Assembly (NCBI GenBank): GCA_963786585.1
Contig: CAWAZG010000006.1
Location: 782,338-846,337, forward strand
Source of the DNA: an uncultured Actinomycetota bacterium
GTDB lineage: Bacteria > Actinomycetota > Actinomycetes > Mycobacteriales > Pseudonocardiaceae
Length of the DNA: 64,000 nucleotides
Direction: 5' to 3'
The notes below the pieces were generated by a model that saw only the letters and a list, made by a program, of their open reading frames with translations, was not told where the DNA came from and did no database searches. A program made the translations under genes and the position numbers. Position 1 is the first letter of the stretch. Each line of letters starts with the position of its first letter. Of this stretch, positions 21,834 to 30,714 are shown piece after piece.

Positions 21834-22984
21834 AGTTCGTCGACGAGTTCCGCGACGCCGACACGGCCCGATCGGTGGCCGCGCGGATCGCCGCGCTCTG
21901 CGAGCCCGGCCGGCGGTACGCCTTCATGGAGGTCTGCGGCGGGCACACGCACACGATCTACAAGCACGGTCTCGAGGACCACCTGCCCGAATCGGTCCGC
22001 CTCGTCCACGGCCCCGGCTGCCCGGTCTGCGTGCTCCCGATGGGCCGGGTGGACGACGCGATCGCGATTGCGCAGCAGCCCGACGTGATCATGACGGCGT
22101 TCGGCGACATGATGCGGGTGCCCGGCGGGGACGGGTCCTTCTTCGACGCCAAGGCGGCCGGGGCCGACATCCGGATGGTCTACTCGCCCCTCGACGCCCT
22201 GAAGATCGCGCGCAACAACCCGGACCGCCGCGTGGTGTTCATGGCCATCGGCTTCGAGACCACGGCCCCGTCCACGGCGATGACCGTCCTGCGGGCCGCC
22301 CGCGAGGGGATCGAGAACTTCTCGATCTTCTGCAACCATGTCACGATCATCCCGGCGATCAAGGCCATCCTCGACTCGCCCGACCTGCGCCTCGACGGCT
22401 TCCTCGGCCCGGGCCACGTGTCCACCGTGATCGGCTGCCGGCCCTACGAGTTCATCGCCGCCCGCCACGGGAAGCCGCTCGTCACCGCGGGCTTCGAGCC
22501 GCTGGACATCCTGCAGTCGGTGCACCAGCTGATGCTCCAGCTGCACGACGGCCGCTGCGAGGTCGAGAACCAGTACAGCCGTGTGGTGCCCTGGAACGGC
22601 AACCGGCGGGCGCTCGAGGTCATCGGCGAGGTGATGGAGCTCCGGCCCTACTTCGAGTGGCGTGGGCTCGGGTTCATCTCGCAGTCCGCCATGCAGATGC
22701 GCGAGGAGTACGCGCGGTTCGACGCCGAACGGATCTTCGCGGTCCCGGGGGTCCGCGTCGCCGACCCGAAGGCGTGCCAGTGCGGCGAGGTGCTCAAGGG
22801 CGTCCTCGAGCCGTGGGAGTGCAAGGTCTTCGGGACCGCGTGCACCCCCGAGACGCCGATCGGCACCTGCATGGTGTCGTCCGAGGGCGCCTGCGCGGCC
22901 TACTACAACTTCGGCCGCTTCAGTCGCGAACGCGTCCGCGCCGGCGGCACCACGATGCTCGCGGACCCGGTGGTGCGGCGATGA
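21830..22984 (+). CDS. hypD: hydrogenase formation protein HypD
   Basis: MEVCGGHTH, GPGCPVC, GFETTAP, PGHVS, CMVSSEGAC. Confidence 0.96.
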   Translation: MKFVDEFRDADTARSVAARIAALCEPGRRYAFMEVCGGHTHTIYKHGLEDHLPESVRLVHGPGCPVCVLPMGRVDDAIAIAQQPDVIMTAFGDMMRVPGGDGSFFDAKAAGADIRMVYSPLDALKIARNNPDRRVVFMAIGFETTAPSTAMTVLRAAREGIENFSIFCNHVTIIPAIKAILDSPDLRLDGFLGPGHVSTVIGCRPYEFIAARHGKPLVTAGFEPLDILQSVHQLMLQLHDGRCEVENQYSRVVPWNGNRRALEVIGEVMELRPYFEWRGLGFISQSAMQMREEYARFDAERIFAVPGVRVADPKACQCGEVLKGVLEPWECKVFGTACTPETPIGTCMVSSEGACAAYYNFGRFSRERVRAGGTTMLADPVVRR

Positions 22985-24141
22985 GCACGAACGGCGTCCC
23001 CGCGAGCCCCACGGTCCACGCCGGCTGGGCCGAGGAGGCCGTGGCGACGCACGCCGGGGCCGAGCACCTGCGCAGCGAGGAGCAGGTGCTCGAGCGCATC
23101 GAGCGGGCGCGGCGGCGCCGGCCGCGGGTGCGGGAGGAGCGCATCACCCTCGCGCACGGGGCCGGGGGCAAGGCCACCCACACCCTCATCGACGCCGTGT
23201 TCGTCGAGGCGTTCCGCAATCCGGTCCTCGAACAGCTCGAGGACGGGGCGTCGCTGGAGGTGGGCGGGGCGCGCCTGGCGTTCACCACCGACTCGTACGT
23301 CGTCTCGCCGCTGTTCTTCCCCGGCGGCGACATCGGCGACCTCGCGGTCAACGGCACGGTCAACGACCTCGCGATGTGCGGGGCGCGGCCGCTGCACCTC
23401 TCGGCCGGGTTCATCCTCGAGGAGGGCTTCCCGGTCGCCGACCTGCGGCGGATCGCCGACTCGATGGCGCGCGCGGCCGCCGTCGCCGGGGTGCAGATCG
23501 TCACCGGAGACACCAAGGTCGTCCCGCGGGGCAAGGCCGACGGCTGCTTCATCACGACCGCCGGGGTCGGCCTCCTGGACCGGCCCCTCACCCTCAGCGC
23601 CACGGCGGCCTGCCCGGGCGACGCGGTGATCGTGTCCGGACCGCTCGGCGACCACGGCATCACGATCATGCTGGCCCGGGGCGAGCTCGACATCGAGGCG
23701 GACCTCTCCTCCGACACCGCCGCGCTGCACGGGCTCACGGCCGACCTGCTCGACGCCGGTGGCGACGGCGTCCGGGTGCTGCGCGACGCGACCCGCGGCG
23801 GGGTCGCCACCATCCTCAACGAGATCGCGGCCGCGTCCCAGGTCGCGGTCGTGGTGGACGAGGCCTCGGTCCCGGTGCGCGAGGTCGTCACCGGGGCGTC
23901 GGAACTGCTCGGGATCGACCCGCTCTACGTCGCCTGCGAGGGCCGCCTCGTCGCCGTGGTCGACCCCTCGCGGGCCGACGCCGTCGCGGCCGCACTCCGG
24001 GCCCACCCGCTCGGCGACGGCGCCGCCGTCATCGGGCACATCGCCGACGACCCGCCCGGGCTGGTGCTCCTGCGCACCGCGTTCGGCGGCACCCGGATCG
24101 TCGACATGCTCGTCGGCGACCCGCTGCCGCGCATCTGCTGA
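22981..24141 (+). CDS. hypE: hydrogenase expression/formation protein HypE
   Basis: HGAGG, TTDSYVV, GDTKVV, RDATRGG, C-terminal LPRIC. Confidence 0.96.
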   Translation: MSTNGVPASPTVHAGWAEEAVATHAGAEHLRSEEQVLERIERARRRRPRVREERITLAHGAGGKATHTLIDAVFVEAFRNPVLEQLEDGASLEVGGARLAFTTDSYVVSPLFFPGGDIGDLAVNGTVNDLAMCGARPLHLSAGFILEEGFPVADLRRIADSMARAAAVAGVQIVTGDTKVVPRGKADGCFITTAGVGLLDRPLTLSATAACPGDAVIVSGPLGDHGITIMLARGELDIEADLSSDTAALHGLTADLLDAGGDGVRVLRDATRGGVATILNEIAAASQVAVVVDEASVPVREVVTGASELLGIDPLYVACEGRLVAVVDPSRADAVAAALRAHPLGDGAAVIGHIADDPPGLVLLRTAFGGTRIVDMLVGDPLPRIC

Positions 24142-24155
24142 GACGAGGAGGAGAC

Positions 24156-24506
24156 GTGGACGACGCCGAGAAGGACGCTGCGGAGGGCGCCGCGCGGGCG
24201 TTCGACGCCTCGAACGCCCCGCCCCCGGGCCCCGGGCGCGAGCCCTCGCCGGAGGAGGCGGAGGGGATGAAGGACACCGACACGACACCGAAGGGCCCCC
24301 TCGGGGTGGGCGAGAGCATCAACGCCCGCGCCGAGGACATCGCCCGCGCGGCCGAGGAGAAGCGGGGTTCCGACCGCGAGGGCACGAAGGGTGCGGCGGG
24401 GCGCCCCTACGGCAGCGGAGATCCGCAGGACGCCGAAGGCGTCGAGCCGAACCCGTCGGTCACCCCGGGGAGCCCGGACCTCCCGCCGGGCGATCAGGGC
24501 AGCTGA
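24156..24506 (+). CDS. hypothetical acidic, Pro/Gly-rich low-complexity protein
   Basis: Strong GAGGAGGAG RBS before GTG; GC3-rich codons; 3' end overlaps the convergent SIS gene by 47 bp. Confidence 0.6.
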   Translation: MDDAEKDAAEGAARAFDASNAPPPGPGREPSPEEAEGMKDTDTTPKGPLGVGESINARAEDIARAAEEKRGSDREGTKGAAGRPYGSGDPQDAEGVEPNPSVTPGSPDLPPGDQGS

Positions 24507-25164
24507 GGGCCCGGAGGGTCAGCTCGCCCAGCACCTGGTAGACGGTGGTCTGGGCCTCCTGGATGCGGTGCACGGACGACGACGGCATGACGAACAGGTG
24601 GTCGACGGTGTCGACCTCGGCCATCCGGCCGCCGTCATACCCCGCCAGCCCGACCGTGAGCATGCCCCGGCGGCGCGCCTCGGCGAGCCCGCGCAGCACG
24701 TTCGTCGAGCCGCCGCTCGTCGACAGCCCGAGGGCGATGTCCCCGGCGCGTCCGGACGCCGCGAGCGGGCGGGCGAAGACCACCTCGAAGGACACGTCGT
24801 TGGACAGGGCGGTGAGGACCGCGACGTCCGCGGTGAGGGCGATCGCGGGGAGGCCGGCGCCCGGGTCCCCGGGTGCGGAGAACATCTCGGCGACCGCCTG
24901 CGCGTCGGTGCTGCTGCCGCCGTTGCCGAACGAGAACAACCGCCCGCCCGCCGCGAACGCCGCCGCCATCTCGCCGGCGCAGGTCACGAGGTCGTCGGCG
25001 TAGCTCGCCAGCACCCGCTCGCGCAGCACCGCGATCTCCGCGACCTTCTCCCGCGTGGAGCGGCGGACCTCGGAGAACACCTCCTGCTCGCGGGCCGCGT
25101 GGTCCTTCGGCTCCTCGTCGGCGCAGGGGTAGAGGAACGGGTAGAGCGACTCGACGCCGCTCAC
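24460..25164 (-). CDS. SIS-domain protein (GmhA-like) 2
   Basis: FGNGGSSTDAQ, ALSNDV, STSGGS, GLAGYDGG, HRIQE. Confidence 0.88.
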   Translation of the reverse strand: MSGVESLYPFLYPCADEEPKDHAAREQEVFSEVRRSTREKVAEIAVLRERVLASYADDLVTCAGEMAAAFAAGGRLFSFGNGGSSTDAQAVAEMFSAPGDPGAGLPAIALTADVAVLTALSNDVSFEVVFARPLAASGRAGDIALGLSTSGGSTNVLRGLAEARRRGMLTVGLAGYDGGRMAEVDTVDHLFVMPSSSVHRIQEAQTTVYQVLGELTLRALSCPDRPAGGPGSPG

Positions 25165-25760
25165 CGCGCGGTCCCCCGCTCGAGGAACACGTGCGCCAGC
25201 TCCCACAGCACGTGGTAGATCGTCACGTGCATCTCCTTGACCACGAAGGGGTCGGTGGAACGGACCCGCAGCACGTGGTCCAGGCCCGGCACGGCTGCGA
25301 CCGCTCCCCCGTCACCCCCGATCAGGGCGACGGTGAGCAGGCCGTGGTCGTGCGCCTCCCGGAGGGCCCGGGCCACGTTCGGGCACTCCCCGTCCACGGT
25401 GATCCCGACCGCGATGTCGTCCGGGCGGGCCTGGGCCCGGAGCTGGGCGGCGAAGGTGTCCTCGAAGCCGGAGCGGCGGGCGATCCCGGTGAGGGTCGCG
25501 GGGTCGGTGACCAGCGAGACCGCCGGGAGGGCGCGCTTGCCCACGATCACCGGGTGGACGAACTCGACGGCGAGGTGCGCGGCGTCCGCGGCCGCCGCGC
25601 CGTTGCCGAAGGTGATCAGCCGCCCGCCGCGGGAGAAGCGCTCGGCCATCGCGTGACAGGCGTCGGCGATGCGATCGGCCTCCTCGGCCAGGGCAGTGGT
25701 GGCCGGTTTCCGCCGGGCGAACGCCTCCACCGCGTCCTCCCGGGTCAGCGTCGTCATCAT
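25161..25760 (-). CDS. SIS-domain protein (GmhA-like) 1
   Basis: FGNGAAAADAAH, HPVIVGKRALPA, LIGGDGG, VKEMHVTIYH. Confidence 0.88.
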   Translation of the reverse strand: MMTTLTREDAVEAFARRKPATTALAEEADRIADACHAMAERFSRGGRLITFGNGAAAADAAHLAVEFVHPVIVGKRALPAVSLVTDPATLTGIARRSGFEDTFAAQLRAQARPDDIAVGITVDGECPNVARALREAHDHGLLTVALIGGDGGAVAAVPGLDHVLRVRSTDPFVVKEMHVTIYHVLWELAHVFLERGTAR

Positions 25761-28047
25761 CGATCGACCTCCGTCGACGAGGGGTTGGTGGGTGCGGGGG
25801 CGCAGGCGGCCACCGCCGCCTGGCCGAGGCTCAGGCCGCCGTCGGTGCACGGCACGCGCTCGTGGACCAGGACGCGCAGACCGGCGGCCTCCAGCCCGGC
25901 GCGGACGCGCTCGAGCAGGACGAGGTTGACGAACACCCCGCCGGACAGCGCGGCTGTCGTCACGCCGTGCTCCGCGGCCGCGGCGACCGCCGCGCGGACC
26001 GTCGCGTCGGCGAGGCCGTGGTGGAAGCGCGCGGCGATGCGGCCCCGTTCGACGCCCGCCCGGACGTCGGCGACGGCGGCGGCCACGAGGTCGCCGGCCG
26101 GGATCACGCCGTCGACGGCCTCGCCGACCGGGTACGCCGCGCGCTCGGCGGGATCGACGTACTGCTCCAGCTCCATCGCGGCCTGGCCCTCGTAGGTCGT
26201 CGTGTCCCGGACGCCGAGCACGGCCGCGACCGCGTCGAAGAGCCGCCCGGCGCTCGAGGTCCGCAGCGTCGACGCCGAGCGGGCCAGCGTCGCGACCGCC
26301 TCCCACCGCTCCTGACGCCGGGCCACGGCGAGGTCCGCCCCGGACGCCCCCAGCCAGGCCGCCGCCATCCGCCACGGCGCCCGGACCGCCGCCGCTCCCC
26401 GGGCAGCCCGACGGTCTCGAGGTGCCCGACCCGCTCCGCGCCCCGCAGTGACGCGAGCAGCAGCTCCCCGCCCCAGATCGTCCCGTCGGGGCCCCAGCCG
26501 GTGCCGTCGTAGGCGACGCCGAGCACCGGGGGGTCGTCGGGGCCCCGGCCGTGCTCGGCCAGGCACGACGCGATGTGGGCGTGGTGGTGCTGGACCCCGA
26601 CCGCCGTGAGGTCGTCCCGGTCGAGGGCGTAGGTCGTCGACCGGTACTCGGGGTGCAGGTCGTGGGCGACGACCTCGGGCTCGATGTCGAAGAGCCGCCC
26701 GATGTGCGTGACCGCGTCGGTGTAGGCCCGCAGCGTCGCGAGGTTCTCGAGGTCGCCGATGTGGGCGGAGAGGAACGCCCGCGTCCCGGCGGCCAGGGTG
26801 ATCGTCACCTTCTGCTCGCCCCCGCAGGCCAGCACGGGCCGCCCGACGGCGAATCCCAGCGTCACCGGTTCGGGGGCGTACCCGCGGGCCCGGCGCACCG
26901 GAAGGACACGACGGCGCGCGACCCTCGCGACCGAGTCGTCGACCCGGGTCCGGATGGGGCGGTCGTGGGTCAGGAACCCGTCGACGAGCGGGGCGAGCCG
27001 GGCCGCGGCGTCGTCGTCGCGGTGGGCGATCGGCTCGTCGGAGACGTTGCCGCTGGTCAGCACGAGGGGGACGTCGACGTCCCGGGCGAGCAGCCGGTGC
27101 AACGGGGTCGGCGGGAGCAGGATCCCGAGCTCGCCCGTCGCCGGGGCCACCGCGGGCGCGACGGCGGCCCCCGGGCGCCACGGGAGCAGCACGATCGGGC
27201 GCTGCCGCGACGTCAGCAGGCCCGCGACGTCCTCGTCGACGACGACCAGCTCCGCCGCCGCGTCCAGGTCGGCGGCGAGCACCGCGAAGGGCTTGTCCTC
27301 GCGGTGCTTGGCCGCCCGCAGCCGGGCCACCGCGTCCTCGTCGTCGGCCCGCACCGCGAGGTGGTACCCGCCGAGGCCCTTCACCGCGAGGATCTGCCCC
27401 GCCAGCAGGCGCGCCGCGGCGCGGGTCAGCACACCGTCGGACGAGTCGGACGAGCCGTCGAGGCGCAGGGTCGGTCCGCAGTCGTGGCAGCAGACGGGCT
27501 GGGCGTGGAAGCGGCGGTCGGTCGGGTCGTGGTACTCAGCGGTGCAGGCCGGGCACATCGGGAAGCCGGCCATGGTGGTGGTCGCCCGGTCGTAGGGGAC
27601 GTCGCACACGATACTGAACCGCGGTCCGCAGTTCGTGCAGGTGATGAACGGGTGGCGGTGGCGCCGGTCGGCCGGGTCGTCGAGCTCGGCCAGGCAGTCC
27701 GTGCACGGGGCGGTGTCGGCCGAGACCGTCGTGCGTGGACCCCCGGCTCCGGTCGCGCTCGCCGCGATGAGGAAGCCGGGCGCTCCGGTGGACGCCACCG
27801 GACGGCGGCGCACGGACTCCACCAGCGCCAACGGCGGCGCGTCGGTGCGCAGGGCGACGACGAACGCCTCCACCGCCTCCGGCGCGCCCTCGACCTCGAC
27901 CACCACGCCGGCGTCGTCGTTGCCGACGTACCCGTCGAGGGCGAGCCGCCCGGCGAGCCCGTGGACGAACGGCCGGAAGCCGACGCCCTGCACGATGCCG
28001 GTGACCGAGAGGTGCGCGCGCACGCGGACCGGCGGCGGGACCGTCAC
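25757..28047 (-). pseudogene. hypF: carbamoyltransferase HypF, frameshifted at about 26397-26400 (mutation or sequencing error)
   Basis: GIVQGVGFRP, two zinc fingers, KGLGGY, LTSGN, QHHHAH, DGTGWG in one frame; PWRMA, TSSAGRLFDA, YEGQAA, SGGVF, DGGLSLGQ in another; one extra G in a G4 run restores LPGGAAAVRAPWRMA. Confidence 0.85.
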
Positions 28048-28060
28048 CGCCCGGCCCTCC

Positions 28061-28315
28061 TCACGGTGGGCCCAGCGCGGCGATCGCCTCCCCGGCGTGC
28101 ACGAGCACGACGTCACCGACCGCGGCGTCCACGAGGGCCACGGACACCTCCTCCTCACCGGCCCCGGTGTCGACGCGGGCGGTGCCGTCGGGGTGCAGGG
28201 CCACCACGGTCACCCGGACCGCCTGGTCGGAGCAGGTGATGCAGACGGGGCCCTCGCAGGGCGCGCGGACTGCGGCCGGTGGCGCGGAGGTCTCGCAGGC
28301 CAGGAACCAGGTCAC
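28061..28315 (-). CDS. second, atypical HypC/HupF-like chaperone
   Basis: CITCSD motif, then VSVALVDAAVGDVVLVHAGEAI (HypC OB-fold signature). Confidence 0.75.
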   Translation of the reverse strand: MTWFLACETSAPPAAVRAPCEGPVCITCSDQAVRVTVVALHPDGTARVDTGAGEEEVSVALVDAAVGDVVLVHAGEAIAALGPP

Positions 28316-28659
28316 GACGTCGCCTCCGATCCCATCGCGCGGCCGCAGCGCCCGAGGAACGAGTGCAGCAGCTGGTGGGTGGCCTCCAGCGTCTCGATCT
28401 GGCGGCGCAGGCTGTCCGACCCGGCCGGGGTCAGCGCGTAGGTCCGCCGTGCGGGCCCGGTGGCCGGGATGCTCCACGTCGACCGGACGAGGCCTTCGCG
28501 CTCGAACGACCGCAGGGTGCGGTAGACGCCGCCGGCATCGGTGTCGTCGATCAACGAGGCGTGGAGTCGCTCCACGAGGTCGTACCCGTGCGCGGCCCGT
28601 TCCTGGATGAGCAGGAGCAGGCACGGCCGCAGGAAGTTCCGGGGTTCGCACTCGCCCAT
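28312..28659 (-). CDS. PadR-family (PhaQ-like) transcriptional regulator
   Basis: NFLRPCLLLLI, HGYDL, GGVYRTLR, GPARRTYALT; stop overlaps start of hypC-like gene. Confidence 0.9.
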   Translation of the reverse strand: MGECEPRNFLRPCLLLLIQERAAHGYDLVERLHASLIDDTDAGGVYRTLRSFEREGLVRSTWSIPATGPARRTYALTPAGSDSLRRQIETLEATHQLLHSFLGRCGRAMGSEATS

Positions 28660-28707
28660 GGCCGCCCCCTGGCGAGGGTCCCGGGGGCCAGGGGATCCCG
28701 TTGCTCG

Positions 28708-28723
28708 TGTGGTGTGTATCACA
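28708..28723. promoter_or_regulatory. CRP/GlxR-like box in divergent promoter region
   Basis: TGTGG-tgtgta-TCACA, 9/10 match to TGTGA-N6-TCACA; 49 bp upstream of PadR start. Confidence 0.6.
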
Positions 28724-28739
28724 TAGGGTGGCACCGGTC

Positions 28740-29441
28740 GTGACGCCGAGCAAGACCGCGAACGAGGTGCTGGGACCGATGGACGAGGCGACACGGGCCC
28801 TGATGGGGCTCTGGGACGTGGCCGGCGAGAACGTCCGCGCGCTCCGGGCCGACGACTGGGCGCGGCCGCTGCCCCACGCCGGTGTCGGGCCCGCCGACGT
28901 CGCAGAGCTCGCGGTCCACCTCACCGGGGTGCACTACGCCGGGCCGGAGACGCTGCGCGAGGCCGTCGCGGCCGCACGTCACCGCGCGGAGACCCAGCTG
29001 GCCGGCCGCACGAGCGGCGACCCGGTGCTCGGCGCCCAGTGCCTCGACATGTGCCTGCACGTCCACGACCTGACCGCGGCCCTCGGCGCCCCGGCCGACC
29101 TGCGCGACCACGAGGCGGCCGCCCGCGAGGCGTGCCGGCTCGTCCTGCGTGTGCTGCCGCGCCTGCTCGTCGCGGCGGTGGGGGCCGACGACGCGACGCT
29201 GCGCGTGGCGGTGCGCCTCGGCGACGACCGCGCCGTGCACGTCACCCATGGCTCCGTCGTCCCGGCCCGCCCAGAGGACACAGCCGATGCCGCGGACGCC
29301 GTCGAGATCGATCCGGGCGGGCTCCTGCTGTTGCTCGCGGGGCGCCGCGACGCCGAGTCGTTGCGCGACGCGGGTGCGCTGAGCTGGACCGGACCGGCCG
29401 CGGAGGCGTTCGTCCACCGCGCCCGGCTGGTCGCGGCGTAG
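28740..29441 (+). CDS. hypothetical protein, MDMPI/DinB-like N-terminus with SCP2-like C-terminus (start uncertain)
   Basis: DWARP, ELAVHL, DMCLHVHDLTAALG, LLLLAGRR. Confidence 0.6.
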   Translation: MTPSKTANEVLGPMDEATRALMGLWDVAGENVRALRADDWARPLPHAGVGPADVAELAVHLTGVHYAGPETLREAVAAARHRAETQLAGRTSGDPVLGAQCLDMCLHVHDLTAALGAPADLRDHEAAAREACRLVLRVLPRLLVAAVGADDATLRVAVRLGDDRAVHVTHGSVVPARPEDTADAADAVEIDPGGLLLLLAGRRDAESLRDAGALSWTGPAAEAFVHRARLVAA

Positions 29442-29447
29442 CCGGCC

Positions 29448-30701
29448 CTACTCCTGGCGGCCTCCGGCGAACGCCGGGTAGGACGGCAGCACGGCCTCGC
29501 CCCCGTGGCGCCCGAGCGCGCCGACGACGGCCGCCGCGAGCTCGGCCGTGGCGACGTGCCCCGCGCGCTCGGCGTCCATGCCGAGGCGCCGCCAGAGCGC
29601 GCTGAGCACCGCGGGCGCGTCCTCGCCCGGGTCGGCGACGACGACGCGGGCCACCCGGCCCGACGGCCGGACACCCACGACGGCAGGCAGCAGCGCGCGG
29701 GTCGAGAGCCACACCCAGAGCACCTCGGCCTGCAGCAGGCGCTCACGCAGGACCTCGGGGTCCGCGAGCTCGCCCCAGACCGGCGTGATCTCGGCCTGCC
29801 AGGCGGCGACCATCGCCTCGGCCATGCCCGGCGGCTGGGCGCGCGCCGGGCCGCCGCTGGGCAGCGGCAGGCGCAGCGAGGCGCCCATGAGCGCGACGTC
29901 GCGGAAGCAGCCCCACTCGAAGTCGAGGAAGCGCGCGCCGCTGCCGGTGAGCAGGCAGTTGTCGGGCCGGACCTCCGCGGGGCTGAAGGCGCGGTGGCCG
30001 GACCCGCCCAGCAGGCGGGCGGCCTCGCGCGCCTCGGCCACCCCGGCGGGCGCCGCCTCGACCCGCAGCAGCTGGGCGAGCTGGTCGGGCACCTCCGCAA
30101 GCGCCGCGCGAGCGTCGTCGGCCAGGGGGTCGCGCCACGTGCGCTCGCCGAAGCGGCGCAGCAGGGCCCCGAAGTCGTTCTCGCGGCCCGCGGTGGCCGC
30201 CTGCATGCGCCCGAGCGCCCGGGCCCAGCCGAGCAGCGCGCGCTCGGCGGCCTTCGGGTCACGCTCCTCGAGGCGGTCGGCCAGGGTGGCGCAGCGCCCG
30301 AGGTCCTCGAGCACCAGCAGGCGGTGGGCCGGGTCGTTGGCCACCAGCATCGGGCTCGCCCGCTCCTCCGACGGCATCGCCGTCAGCAGCTGGCACGACG
30401 CGGCCTCGTAGTGGAACCGGTCGATGCTCTGCTCGCCCGCCCCCGGGTCGTCGAGGAAGTGCTTGACGACGAGCGTGCGCGGCAGCGAGAACGGGTTCTC
30501 GGCGACGCGGACCCGCACGACCAGCGAGCGCGTGCTGCCGCCGAGGTCCTCCGGATCCGCCAGGCGCACCGTGGCCCCGTGACGCCGCGTGAGGAGCTCT
30601 TCGGCCAGGTGCAGCACCTCGGTGGTGCGATCGTCCGCTCCGGCCGGGCCGGTGGAGCGACCGTTCGAGGTATCCGCGTCGTCCGTCGTCAGGGGAGCCA
30701 T
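29448..30701 (-). CDS. phosphotransferase/kinase-like protein
   Basis: TLVVKH, LLVLEDLG, RPDNCL, FLDFEWG (APH/kinase-like motifs). Confidence 0.7.
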   Translation of the reverse strand: MAPLTTDDADTSNGRSTGPAGADDRTTEVLHLAEELLTRRHGATVRLADPEDLGGSTRSLVVRVRVAENPFSLPRTLVVKHFLDDPGAGEQSIDRFHYEAASCQLLTAMPSEERASPMLVANDPAHRLLVLEDLGRCATLADRLEERDPKAAERALLGWARALGRMQAATAGRENDFGALLRRFGERTWRDPLADDARAALAEVPDQLAQLLRVEAAPAGVAEAREAARLLGGSGHRAFSPAEVRPDNCLLTGSGARFLDFEWGCFRDVALMGASLRLPLPSGGPARAQPPGMAEAMVAAWQAEITPVWGELADPEVLRERLLQAEVLWVWLSTRALLPAVVGVRPSGRVARVVVADPGEDAPAVLSALWRRLGMDAERAGHVATAELAAAVVGALGRHGGEAVLPSYPAFAGGRQE

Positions 30702-30714
30702 CAGCCGGAGGAGT

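Noticed and set aside
26395-26405. Programmed -1 frameshift in hypF
   Set aside because: The context CCC GGG GAG is not an X XXY YYZ slippery site in the reading frame.
14303-29441. Hydrogenase island as a mobile element
   Set aside because: No integrase, transposase, tRNA site, flanking direct repeats or visible composition shift.
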